64,000 nt of DNA from an uncultured Candidatus Saccharibacteria bacterium (GTDB lineage Bacteria > Patescibacteriota > Minisyncoccia > Phycocordibacterales > SW-6-46-9), in NCBI GenBank assembly GCA_964534365.1, contig CAZHOI010000003.1, positions 4,310 to 68,309 on the forward strand, in the 5' to 3' direction. Below are positions 36,671 through 46,870 of the stretch, piece after piece. How positions within the stretch are numbered: the stretch's first letter is position 1; the number at the start of each line of letters is the position of its first letter. Both the position numbers and the translations under genes were made by a program. A model generated the notes under the pieces. The model was not told the DNA's origin and did not search any database. It worked only from the letters and a program-made list of their open reading frames with translations.

Positions 36671-38962
36671 TTATGTTTTGGACTTCTTTTTACCTTTTTT
36701 ATTTCCCCAACGAGTTTTCTTTGGTTCAGACAAAATCTCTAGCGCCCGCTCGAAAGTAATATCATAGGGATCCTCATCTTTCAAAGATCTAAAATCAGCT
36801 TTAAGTTTAGTGTTATGAGCAATATACGGGCCAAATCGACCAATATTGGCAATAATATTGTTACCAGTTTCAGGATGTTCACCTAGTTCCCGTGGCAAAA
36901 TAAGTAAGTGCAGTGCCTGTTTTAAATCAAATTTATCAAGATCTGTTTCTGCCGGAATGGAAGCTCGCCTGGGTCGTTTATTCTTTGTCGTTTTACCATT
37001 TTCTAGCTCGTACTCTTCATCTTTTTCACCAACCTGAACGTAATACCCATATGGTCCATCCTTCAACAGTACGTCCATACCAGTATTTGGATCTGACCCT
37101 AAAACCGTATCATCAGGTACCTCTTCACCAGATTCTGTTCTGGCGCCCTTACATTCTGGGAAATTGGCACAGGACATAAATATCCCGTTGCGACCCAGCT
37201 TCATTACCATTTCATTTTGACATTCCGGACAAGGGAATTCAGCTGGGGCAGGACCCAAATCAGTTAATTTATCAATGTCTTTTTTGTCATCGATTGATTT
37301 AGTAAAGGGGTTATAAAAATCCTTTAATACTTCAGGATAGGTGCGCTTGCCTTCAGCGATTTCGTCAAGCCTATTTTCCAGATCAGCAGTAAAATCATCA
37401 GATATATAATTGTCAAAGTTTTTCTCAAGAAATTCAGACACTACCATACCAGTTGGGGTAGGTTGCAAAGAACGGCCATCTTTATTGACATAGCTGCGAT
37501 CAATCAGAGTTTTGATGATCGAAGCATAAGTTGATGGCCGGCCTATACCACGCTTTTCCAATTCTTTTATCAATCCAGCGTCACTATATCGACGGGGCGG
37601 TTGAGTTTGTTTAGCTTCTGAATCAAGCTGCAGCAATTTCAGCTCTTCATTAGTTGCTACATTAGGCAGCTCGACATCATCGCGCCTAGCTCCGGGATCG
37701 GACAACATCCAACCCGGATAAGTCAGCTGTGATCCATTTACGGCAAAGCTAGGATAATTATCATCGAATGAAACAATAATTTTAGTACGTAATTGTTCGG
37801 CGGGTTTCATCAACGCCGCCAGCGATCGAGCGCGGATCAAATTATAAAGTTTTTTCTGATCAGCATCAGCGCCAGCTACAGCCACTGATGGATTAGTTGG
37901 TCGAATCGCCTCATGAGCTTCCTGGGTATTTTTACTTTTTGACTTAAATGACCGGGCTTGAAAATGCTCTGGACCAAATTCTGATTTTACGGTAGAAGAT
38001 AATTTTGCAGTAGCTTCTTTTGATAGTGAAATTGAATCAGTTCGCATGTAAGTAATGAAGCCTTTTTCATATAATTTTTGAGCAGCCCTCATCGTTCGGG
38101 CTGGGGTAAAACCTAAACGCGAGCTGGCGGTTTGCTGCAAAGTGGAAGTTTTGAAAGGCGAATAAGGATTACGTTTATGAGGGGTTTCTGTAATATCTTG
38201 TACAATCCAGCTGGATTTTTTTCCTTTACTTACAATTTCATTGGCACGTTCAGCAGTTTTAGGCTCTTCGCTACAACTAAGCTCGAATTCTAAGGCCGGT
38301 TTACCACCTTTTACATTGGCAATTAATACCCAAAAATCTTCTGGTATAAACGCTTTAATTTCACGCTCGCGCTCGGCCAAAATGCGCAGGGCGGGGGACT
38401 GGACCCGACCCGCTGACAGTCCATAGCGTACTTTCTTCCAGATTAAACCAGACAAATCATAGCCAAATAGTCGATCCAGAACCCGGCGAGCTTCTTGAGC
38501 CCGGACTAATTCATCGTCAATATCACGGGGATTGGCGACCGCGGTTGTGACGGCGTCTTTGGTAACTTCATTAAAGGCTACCCGTTTAAACTTATTAGCA
38601 CTTACTTTCGATCGCCCATTATTAACCAACAAATCATACAGATGCCATGAAATTGCCTCACCCTCACGATCGGGGTCGGTTGCTAACAGTATTTCATCTG
38701 AATTCTTGGCCAGTTTTCGCAGTTCATCCACAACCTCTTTCTTCTTGGGGGACACTTCATACGTGGGGGCAAAATCATTATCAATATCCACCGCATTTTT
38801 ATTTGATTTTGGCAGATCACGTACGTGGCCAACTGACGCCTTTACGGTGTAGTCAGGCCCCAAATATTTTTCAATCGTTTTAGCCTTGGATGGCGACTCT
38901 ACTATTACTAAAGTTTTTGTCATTTCAGTCAGAGTATACGTATATAAGGTATAAAATTGCAA
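36671..38962 (-). CDS. topA: DNA topoisomerase I
   Basis: Toprim LVIVESPSKAKTI, and C-terminal Zn-ribbon cysteines (CPECQ…C…C). The alternative start at 38923 (MTKTLVIV) is more typical. Confidence 0.93.
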   Translation of the reverse strand: MQFYTLYTYTLTEMTKTLVIVESPSKAKTIEKYLGPDYTVKASVGHVRDLPKSNKNAVDIDNDFAPTYEVSPKKKEVVDELRKLAKNSDEILLATDPDREGEAISWHLYDLLVNNGRSKVSANKFKRVAFNEVTKDAVTTAVANPRDIDDELVRAQEARRVLDRLFGYDLSGLIWKKVRYGLSAGRVQSPALRILAEREREIKAFIPEDFWVLIANVKGGKPALEFELSCSEEPKTAERANEIVSKGKKSSWIVQDITETPHKRNPYSPFKTSTLQQTASSRLGFTPARTMRAAQKLYEKGFITYMRTDSISLSKEATAKLSSTVKSEFGPEHFQARSFKSKSKNTQEAHEAIRPTNPSVAVAGADADQKKLYNLIRARSLAALMKPAEQLRTKIIVSFDDNYPSFAVNGSQLTYPGWMLSDPGARRDDVELPNVATNEELKLLQLDSEAKQTQPPRRYSDAGLIKELEKRGIGRPSTYASIIKTLIDRSYVNKDGRSLQPTPTGMVVSEFLEKNFDNYISDDFTADLENRLDEIAEGKRTYPEVLKDFYNPFTKSIDDKKDIDKLTDLGPAPAEFPCPECQNEMVMKLGRNGIFMSCANFPECKGARTESGEEVPDDTVLGSDPNTGMDVLLKDGPYGYYVQVGEKDEEYELENGKTTKNKRPRRASIPAETDLDKFDLKQALHLLILPRELGEHPETGNNIIANIGRFGPYIAHNTKLKADFRSLKDEDPYDITFERALEILSEPKKTRWGNKKGKKKSKT

Positions 38963-39453
38963 AATACTTGTTTAGAAGCTAAATAAGTAATTATTTTAAG
39001 AGTAGATACGTTTTTTTGCGACAATTGGTCTATTCAGACAAATTTAGTTAATGCAAGATAAAAGTAAACCATTTTCTTTTAGCTTTAAAAAAATGTAGTT
39101 AAATAAGAAGAAATAGTGGTGAGCGTTTAAATATTAGACCTAAATTTTAATATTTCAATTAATTTAATAAATAGATTAGTATAATAGATTGTTTATACAC
39201 GATTAGGATATGCTGTTATCAAAAAGCAACTAGACAGACACGAACGCTGAATTCAACATACTACTGGAAAAAACCGTGGTAAATTTGAAATTCTAAAGTA
39301 TTCCAAACTAATTAAAGCTTCTAAGAAACTGTGTTATAAATAATACTAACCTTGATCTAGACTAAAATATAATTTCAACTCACATGCTAATGAGGTACCA
39401 AGCAGGCTCAATTCATATTTTATTTAAGATCGACATTTATGACTAACATGAGA

Positions 39454-40314
39454 TTATTTTAAATACACTTTACCTAACTTTTCTTGGGTTAGGTTTTTTA
39501 GTTCTAGCATCGTAATGACTGAAAGGGCGCGGGTCGTGTCCAGTTTGGATAATTTGATGATTTCGTCTTTGGTTCTGGGTTCTGATTTTATTAACCGGTA
39601 AATTAGTTGTTCGTCAGTCGACAGGGAAGTAAGGTCAATACTTTTTGCAACGCCAGTTTGGATACCCAGGGCCTCTAAAATATCGTCGGCGGTTTGTATT
39701 AATTTAGCGCCGTCATTTATTAGCGAATGAGGACCGGCCGAGTTCGCAGAGAAAATTGACCCCGGTACCGCCAGGACATCACGGTTATAATCCAATGCCA
39801 AACGGGCAGTAATTAGCGTCCCAGATTTCTGCGTCGCTTCAATAACCAAAACGGCATCTGATAACCCAGCCATCAGCCAATTACGACGTGGAAAAGTCCA
39901 CTGTGCTGACTTTTGTTTTGGATCATACTCTGACACTAAACCACCACCTTGTTTTAAAATTTCCGTCGCCAAGCTTTTATTAGTAGCGGGGTAAAGCACT
40001 GATTGATCCAAACCAGAGCCAGGAAATGCTACCGTATGCAAATCATACTTCAACGCTAGACGATGAGCGGTAGCATCAATTCCCAGTGCTAGACCAGAAA
40101 TAATTGATATTGAATGTCCCGATAAGCCGGAAAACAGTTGTTCGATTGTAGCCTGTCCATAGTCAGTTGGTTTGCGCGATCCTACCACACACAAACGCTT
40201 GAGATGATCGGGCCAGGGATCGCCTTTGACATGCAAGCCCTGTTTTGGTTTATCAGGAATTTGTTGCAGATTTTCGGGTAAGTCTGTGGTAGCAATAAAG
40301 CGCATGTTTTGCAT
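39454..40314 (-). CDS. dprA: DNA-processing protein DprA (Smf)
   Basis: VVGSRKPTDYG…SGLALGIDATAH Rossmann-like DprA core. Confidence 0.85.
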   Translation of the reverse strand: MQNMRFIATTDLPENLQQIPDKPKQGLHVKGDPWPDHLKRLCVVGSRKPTDYGQATIEQLFSGLSGHSISIISGLALGIDATAHRLALKYDLHTVAFPGSGLDQSVLYPATNKSLATEILKQGGGLVSEYDPKQKSAQWTFPRRNWLMAGLSDAVLVIEATQKSGTLITARLALDYNRDVLAVPGSIFSANSAGPHSLINDGAKLIQTADDILEALGIQTGVAKSIDLTSLSTDEQLIYRLIKSEPRTKDEIIKLSKLDTTRALSVITMLELKNLTQEKLGKVYLK

Positions 40315-40474
40315 GCTAAAAGTGTAGCATTGTGATAGATCATGCTTCTATTAAAGGCTGTCGAGTTCGCAATTATCAAAGCTGATTACTTTTTAAAACA
40401 AGGATTATTTTCTATTTCGATTTAATCATAGACTTGTTATAGTTAAAGGCAACACACTGGCTAAATAATTTGAC

Positions 40475-41749
40475 ATGTTAGATATTGATTTTGTACGCAA
40501 CAATAAAGAATTAGTCCAATCAGCTCTGGATAGACGGGGCGATGATTTCAATTTGGCAGAATTAATCAAGGTAGATGAATTACGTCGCGAATTAATTACC
40601 AAAGTCGAGTCTAAACGAGCCGAACAAAACTCTACTACTGATTTAATTCCTAGAGAAGAAGATTTAGAGCGCAAGAAAATGCTGATCGAAGAAATGAAAG
40701 AACTAAAAGTACAAATAAAATCATTGGAAGATAAATTAGAGCCAGCCCAGGAACTGTGGCAAACACTATTGATGCGATTGTCCAATATCCCAGACCCTTC
40801 AGTACCGATGGGGAAATCCGAAGATGATAATGTGGTAATTAAACAATGGGGTGAAAAACCGCACTTTGATTTTGAACCTAAAGACCACATTCAGCTAATG
40901 GAAGATTTGGAAATGATTGATCTAGAGCGAGGAACCAAAATTCATGGCTTTCGAGGTTATGTTTTAAAAGGAGCCGGAGCCAAGCTTACTTGGGCGCTGT
41001 GGCGATTTGCTCAAGATTTTTTCTTGGAAAAAAATTTTAACCCCTTTATACCACCTTCAATAGTTAGAAAAAAATGGCTCTATGGAACTGGACATTTGCC
41101 AGGAGATGGAGACGATGTTTTCTGGACCCAAGACGGAGATGCATTATCGGCAACAGCTGAGATTCCAATGATGGCGTATTATGCGGACGAAATACTTGAT
41201 GAAGAACAATTACCATTCAAGGCTCTAGCTTATTCTCCCTGTTATCGTCGCGAAGCCGGATCTCACTCAAAGGATACTAAAGGACTAATCAGGGTTCATG
41301 AATTTCAAAAAATAGAACAATTAATCTTATGCAAGGCCGATCACGAAGAATCGGTAAGATGGCATGAAGAAATTACTAGAAATCATGAAGAATTTATTGA
41401 AAGGTTAGAGATTCCCTATCAAAGAATTGAGATTTGCAGTGGCGATTTAAAATCAGCCCATGTTAGATCTTGGGATGTAGAGCTATGGATACCTTCCCAA
41501 GAAAATTATCGTGAGATTGCTTCGTCATCTTACTACCATGACTATCAAACCAGAAGATTTAAGACACGTTACCGTAATTCAAACGGCGAAGTTAAATATG
41601 CTCACTCATTGAATTGTACTGCCATACCAACTCCCCGAGCCCTGGTTGCTATCGTAGAAAACTGCCAACAGCCAGATGGTTCAATCATGTTACCACCGGC
41701 CCTCCATAAATATTTTGGCGCCCCAAATATCACCAAAGACAATGCCTAG
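40475..41749 (+). CDS. serS: Seryl-tRNA synthetase
   Basis: N-terminal coiled coil and class II motifs. 424 aa. Confidence 0.93.
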   Translation: MLDIDFVRNNKELVQSALDRRGDDFNLAELIKVDELRRELITKVESKRAEQNSTTDLIPREEDLERKKMLIEEMKELKVQIKSLEDKLEPAQELWQTLLMRLSNIPDPSVPMGKSEDDNVVIKQWGEKPHFDFEPKDHIQLMEDLEMIDLERGTKIHGFRGYVLKGAGAKLTWALWRFAQDFFLEKNFNPFIPPSIVRKKWLYGTGHLPGDGDDVFWTQDGDALSATAEIPMMAYYADEILDEEQLPFKALAYSPCYRREAGSHSKDTKGLIRVHEFQKIEQLILCKADHEESVRWHEEITRNHEEFIERLEIPYQRIEICSGDLKSAHVRSWDVELWIPSQENYREIASSSYYHDYQTRRFKTRYRNSNGEVKYAHSLNCTAIPTPRALVAIVENCQQPDGSIMLPPALHKYFGAPNITKDNA

Positions 41750-42743
41750 GTCAGGACCACCGCCTAATCGATCGAAAAGACAATCTAGCAATCGATCCAA
41801 ATCTAGTGGCCCTATTAAAAGATCAGGGCGATCAAAATCCAAACCAAATCCAAGTCGCAAATTTGTCAGCACTAGAAATCAGATTCGATCTCGTCGTAAA
41901 CAACGACATCTCTTCAGAACAGCTCTAGCGGCGATAATCGCAATCATAATCGCATTCCTGGGATTCATATTGTTTTCTGAAAAATTTAATATTAACAGCT
42001 TGTCTGTAACCGGCCCGGATGAATCATTTTCAGCTGAAATCAGTGATTATTTGAAAAATTTGTTGAACCAGAAAACATATTTTGTGTCGAATAAAAATCA
42101 ATTTCTGTGGACCAAATCTAGGTTAGAAAACCAGCTAAACGCACAATTCCCATCTATTAGCGAAATAGACTTTGCGATTACCGATGGGGAAATGATGATA
42201 GATTATAACCGCCATGAACCAGCGGGAATTTGGTGTCAATTAAAACAAATGGATGAAATAATGCTAACCTCGAACACTTGCACAGCGATAAGCCTATATG
42301 GAGATAGTTTTGAAATTAGTAATATTGAAAAATTTTTATCTAATAAGCAGCTACCTGTTATAACTGATGCCAAACCAAAACCTGCAAGTGGACAAAAGGT
42401 TATTAGTAGTGATTTGTTATCAGATTTGGTCAGTCTTGTTTCTGGACTAGATAATCGCGGTTATCAAACAGAATTCACATTCTTGCAGACCGATCAAATT
42501 ACCCTACATACTACATCGAACCAGGAGCTAGAAATTAAAAAGATTATTATGCCCCTACAACAGCAAAGAATTAATATTAATAACATTGCTGATCTATATT
42601 TAGTGCTGGACCAAAACGAATTGGCCGGGATTGCCAGTCGGGAAAACATTGCCAGCTTTACCTACCTTGATTTTACTTCACCTAACAAGTTATTTTACAA
42701 ATTCGTGACTAATGAAGAAATACCGGATGAAGAAGATGCTTGA
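41743..42743 (+). CDS. Membrane-anchored hypothetical protein, possibly FtsQ/DivIB-like (basic N-terminus, single TM, POTRA-like region)
   Basis: The architecture fits, but the sequence is weakly diagnostic. Start overlaps the serS stop. Confidence 0.35.
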
Positions 42744-43800
42744 TAATAATTTTTGGCTGAGCTTGGATTCTGGGTTTAGTGCATTAGCGCCTATGGCTGA
42801 TGTGACTGATTGTGCTTTTCGAAAAATGTTTTTGCTTCATGGCAGACCTGATGTTTTTTGGACTGAATTTGTGTCGGCTGATGGACTGTTTCTGGCACCA
42901 GAGCAGGGTAGGCAATTTTGGCTACCAGAAGATTTGCGCCACACTGCAGTAGAACATGGTATTGCCAGTGACAATCCACTATTAAAGGATTTAATCTTCG
43001 ATAAAGGCCAATCACCAATTGTCACCCAATTTTTTTCGCGTGATCCTGAGCGAATGAAAAGATCAGCTAAACTAGCAGTGGCGCTAGGTTTTGACGGAAT
43101 TGATATAAACATGGGTTGTCCAGCCCGGGTTATTGTAAAGCAAGGAGCAGGATGCGCCATGATCCAACAACCTGCCGAGGCACGCCAAGTGATCGAGGCA
43201 GCAATTGCTGGGGCAGCTGGCCAAATTCCAGTGTCAGTTAAAACTCGTACCGGATTTAATTCTGATAACGAGAGCTATGATTGGTTTAGGTTATTGCTAG
43301 ACACGGGAATAAAAGCCCTAACTTTACATGCCCGAACTCGTAAAGATATGTCAAAGGTTCCAGCGCGATGGGAGAACGTTCGGGACCTAGTCGAGTTGCG
43401 TAATAAATATAATCCAGAAGTCAAGATTATCGGCAACGGTGATGTTTCTGACTTGTCTCAATGCAAAATTCGCGCCCAAGAATCTGGAGCCGATGGTGTC
43501 ATGATCGGCCGTGGTATTTTTGGCAACCCCTGGATATTTAATGCAGCGGTTGATAAAAAGACGTTGACTGACAAGGCAATTATTGAATCTCTACTGCAGC
43601 ATTCTGATTGGTTCAATAAATATTTGGGGGACACTAAATCATTTGCCCTAATGCGCAAACATTATAAATCATACTTGCGGGACACTAATTTAACTAAAAC
43701 TCAAAAGCAACAATTTTTAACTATCAATTTCTATTCTGAGTTGGTTGAGTTAGTTAGTAATATAAAATATGATCCCAAAGAAAATGTGCTTAGTTTATAA
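42712..43800 (+). CDS. dus: tRNA-dihydrouridine synthase
   Basis: LAPMADVTDCAFR signature and a TIM-barrel FMN-binding pattern. Confidence 0.85.
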   Translation: MKKYRMKKMLDNNFWLSLDSGFSALAPMADVTDCAFRKMFLLHGRPDVFWTEFVSADGLFLAPEQGRQFWLPEDLRHTAVEHGIASDNPLLKDLIFDKGQSPIVTQFFSRDPERMKRSAKLAVALGFDGIDINMGCPARVIVKQGAGCAMIQQPAEARQVIEAAIAGAAGQIPVSVKTRTGFNSDNESYDWFRLLLDTGIKALTLHARTRKDMSKVPARWENVRDLVELRNKYNPEVKIIGNGDVSDLSQCKIRAQESGADGVMIGRGIFGNPWIFNAAVDKKTLTDKAIIESLLQHSDWFNKYLGDTKSFALMRKHYKSYLRDTNLTKTQKQQFLTINFYSELVELVSNIKYDPKENVLSL

Positions 43801-43809
43801 TCAGTATTA

Positions 43810-44748
43810 ATGTCTACTAAATCGCTCTACCAAAAGTACCGACCATCCAAATTTAACGAGGTTATTGGTCAGGATAGAATTGTCTCCACTTTAACCAATC
43901 AGCTTGAAAACCAAACGGTTAATCATGCCTATTTATTTAGCGGGTCCAGGGGGCTTGGGAAAACTTCAATTGCCCGAATTCTTGCAGGTGAGTTGCAAAT
44001 CAATAATGAAGATTTATACGAGATTGATGCTGCTAGCAATCGTGGCATTGATGATATTCGTGAAATCCGTGATGGTGTCAAAGCGCTACCGTTTAGCTCG
44101 CCCTATAAGATGTATTTGATTGATGAAGTGCATATGCTAACCAAAGAAGCATTTAATGCCCTATTGAAAACCCTGGAAGAGCCGCCTAATTACGTAGTGT
44201 TTGTTCTGGCCACTACCGAAGCGCACAAGGTTCCCGACACTATCAAGTCTCGTACCCAATTATTTAACTTTACCTCGCCAACAATTACCGATATCTCAGA
44301 ATTGATTAGCCGAGTAGCTCAGGCAGAGTCCAGCAAGGTGGATCAAACCATTGTCACCGAAATCGCTAAACGAGCCAACGGGTCATATCGTGATGCGCTA
44401 GGACAGCTGCAAACCTATTTGGCTAATCCGGCAGATTTCATGGAAACCAAAAGCGATGCGGATATGCGCCTGCAAACATTAGAAGCCTTGGGATCCGGTT
44501 CAGGTATGACCAAATCGGATATCATCAATATGGTTCAGTCGATTGAAAACCCCAGTCAGTGGTATCAAAATCTCTTAACAGATATCAGTGACACTTTATT
44601 TCAACAGCTAGATAATAGTCAGCAGCCAAGCCAGTTGACAATTCAGCACTTAAAAAAAATCCTTGAATTTAGAAATCAGTTTAGTGGCGATAATCCAGAC
44701 GTTGCCCGGTCCAGTTTATTGGTGCTCTTGGTCGAGATGTTTGCTTGA
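43810..44748 (+). CDS. dnaX: DNA polymerase III gamma/tau subunit (short form)
   Basis: YRPSKFNEVIGQ…GSRGLGKTS and the sensor motifs. 312 aa. Confidence 0.8.
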   Translation: MSTKSLYQKYRPSKFNEVIGQDRIVSTLTNQLENQTVNHAYLFSGSRGLGKTSIARILAGELQINNEDLYEIDAASNRGIDDIREIRDGVKALPFSSPYKMYLIDEVHMLTKEAFNALLKTLEEPPNYVVFVLATTEAHKVPDTIKSRTQLFNFTSPTITDISELISRVAQAESSKVDQTIVTEIAKRANGSYRDALGQLQTYLANPADFMETKSDADMRLQTLEALGSGSGMTKSDIINMVQSIENPSQWYQNLLTDISDTLFQQLDNSQQPSQLTIQHLKKILEFRNQFSGDNPDVARSSLLVLLVEMFA

Positions 44749-44770
44749 AAAGCTGATACAATATCGCCAT

Positions 44771-45559
44771 ATGACCAAAACAAACGCCACTGATACTGAC
44801 AACCTTCCAAGTGCGACAGCTAATAATCAGCGATCAATTAATAAACCTGATGATTCAATTTATTTAACCCCCGCCGCTGTGTTGATTGGATCGATAATAG
44901 TAGCTATTGCCATATTGATTGGGCCGGGGACACCAGGTGCAACTGACAGTGCAAATTTGGCAGCCAATGATGATGAAGTTGCTGAAGTTGAATCAGGCGA
45001 CAATCGTCTAGCAATCGCACTGCAAGCCGCTGAAGTCAATCCAGCGGAAATAGAACAATGTATCAATGACAATGAATATGCCAGTGAAATAGCAGCTGAC
45101 ATTCAGAATGCAACCGAGACCGGCGGGCGAGGAACACCCTGGACTATTGTGGTTGACCGCCAAACTGGTGAACGCTACCCAATAGGCGGCGCGCTTCCAG
45201 CCGAGGCAGTAAACGAACTGTTGGATAATAATTTTGATGGTCTGCCTGAAACTGCTTTTGAGAATATCAATCTAAAGGCAGTTACCGCCGTATCAGCTGA
45301 TGATTATTATCGCGGCCCCGGTGATGCAAGATACGTATTTATAGAATATTCGGACTTTAATTGCGGTTATTGCGCGCGGTTTCATTCAACCATGAAGAAT
45401 TTGTTAGACACCCGCTCTGATGTAGGTTGGGTTTATCGACAATTTGCTATTTTGAATAATTCTGAATCAGTAGCTAATGTTGCAGAATGTGTCGGCGAAG
45501 GTGGCGAAAATGAAGACGCTTTTTGGCAGTTTGCTGACGCTTACTTTAACCAAAGTTAA
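44771..45559 (+). CDS. Membrane-anchored DsbA-like thiol:disulfide oxidoreductase (thioredoxin fold, CGYC)
   Basis: TM helix. CxxC motif FNCGYCARFH near the C-terminus. A cis-Pro-like GTPWTIVVD motif lies upstream of it. Start moved to 44771 to avoid overlap with dnaX. Confidence 0.5.
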   Translation: MTKTNATDTDNLPSATANNQRSINKPDDSIYLTPAAVLIGSIIVAIAILIGPGTPGATDSANLAANDDEVAEVESGDNRLAIALQAAEVNPAEIEQCINDNEYASEIAADIQNATETGGRGTPWTIVVDRQTGERYPIGGALPAEAVNELLDNNFDGLPETAFENINLKAVTAVSADDYYRGPGDARYVFIEYSDFNCGYCARFHSTMKNLLDTRSDVGWVYRQFAILNNSESVANVAECVGEGGENEDAFWQFADAYFNQS

Positions 45560-45577
45560 TGGTATAATCTAATTATT

Positions 45578-46135
45578 ATGGAAATCCTTATTATTATCAT
45601 AATTGTTTTGATATTGGCTCTGATTGCAGTAGCCTTTATCTATAACCGATTTATTAAATTACAAGTTCGATCCGATGAAGCCTGGGCCGATATTGATGTT
45701 CAATTAAAACGCCGTTATGACTTGATTCCCAATTTAATTAATACGGTTAAAGGCTATGCCCAACATGAATCCTCGACCTTCCAGCAGGTGACCGAGGCCA
45801 GAAACATGGCGATTAATGCTAGTAGTGTAGCCGAACAACAACAAGCCGAAAACATGCTAACCGGCGCTTTAAAATCGTTGTTTGCAGTTTCCGAAGCGTA
45901 TCCGGACCTCAAGGCGAATGAAAATTTCCTAGAATTACAACGAGAGCTATCAGATACCGAGAACAAAATACAGGCTGCCCGACGTTTTTACAATACCGTG
46001 GTCCGCGATTTGAATACTATGGTCAAAAGCTTTCCATCAAACCTGGTGGCTTCACTATTTTCATTTCAAACCCGCGAATACTTTGAATTGGACGAGGATT
46101 CAGTCGAACGAGAAAACGTTCAGGTACAGTTTTAA
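45578..46135 (+). CDS. lemA: LemA-family protein
   Basis: N-terminal TM followed by NRFIKLQVRSDEAWADIDVQLKRRYDLIPNL, a LemA signature. Confidence 0.85.
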   Translation: MEILIIIIIVLILALIAVAFIYNRFIKLQVRSDEAWADIDVQLKRRYDLIPNLINTVKGYAQHESSTFQQVTEARNMAINASSVAEQQQAENMLTGALKSLFAVSEAYPDLKANENFLELQRELSDTENKIQAARRFYNTVVRDLNTMVKSFPSNLVASLFSFQTREYFELDEDSVERENVQVQF

Positions 46136-46167
46136 GTTATTAAATGTCTTTATATTGTTAGTCAGAA

Positions 46168-46563
46168 ATGTCATCGCAACAAATTAAACACATATTTATA
46201 GTCCAAGACGATCAGTCAATGGCAACGGTACTGCGCAAAAAATTAGAAAAAAAGGGCCACCGAATTTCACTCTTTGATAATGGTTACGATGTATTAGAGG
46301 CGATAAAACACACTAAACCTGATTTGATTTTGTTGGAGGTCAAGCTACCGGTTATAAATGGTCTGAATGTCCTGGCGGAGCTTAAAAATCAACCTGATAC
46401 CAATTCTATTCCCGTTATCATGATCAGCAACCTTGATCAAACTTCTCCCAAAGACTTAAGATCTGCCGATTCAAATCCAACTGAACTATATCTAGTAAAA
46501 AGCTCCTGGACATTATCAGCCCTGCAAAACAAAGTAGAAAAAACCCTGTCCGATCTAAAATAG
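46168..46563 (+). CDS. Single-domain response-regulator receiver (REC) protein with Glu at the phospho-acceptor position
   Basis: DD acidic pocket (IVQDDQS). The canonical DLILLD is replaced here by DLILLEVKLP. Conserved downstream Ser/Thr and Lys positions are present. Confidence 0.65.
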   Translation: MSSQQIKHIFIVQDDQSMATVLRKKLEKKGHRISLFDNGYDVLEAIKHTKPDLILLEVKLPVINGLNVLAELKNQPDTNSIPVIMISNLDQTSPKDLRSADSNPTELYLVKSSWTLSALQNKVEKTLSDLK

Positions 46564-46599
46564 CAGAATCAATTACTTAATCTTGTTATAATAAAATTA

Positions 46600-46869
46600 A
46601 TGTTAAGGTTAAAAACGAAAAAAACGCATGACCAAGCAGCATCTGATTTATTGCCAGTCGGTAATGATGTTTATAATTATCACGTCGAGCAAGTTTTTCT
46701 GGGTCATCACACTATTTTTACCTTATTAGGTCTGGCAATTGGGGCTGATTTAGTCGGTAGGACAATATATGAATTTATCGTTCAGTACGCCAATCCTGTT
46801 GTTGTAGTTGGTATTGGATTAATTTTATTTATTTTGTCAGGTTTACTCATCGGATCTTTTAACGATTAA
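46600..46869 (+). CDS. Small hydrophobic protein (89 aa), hypothetical
   Basis: ORF ends 1 bp before the htpX start. Composition only. Confidence 0.3.
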   Translation: MLRLKTKKTHDQAASDLLPVGNDVYNYHVEQVFLGHHTIFTLLGLAIGADLVGRTIYEFIVQYANPVVVVGIGLILFILSGLLIGSFND

Positions 46870-46870
46870 T

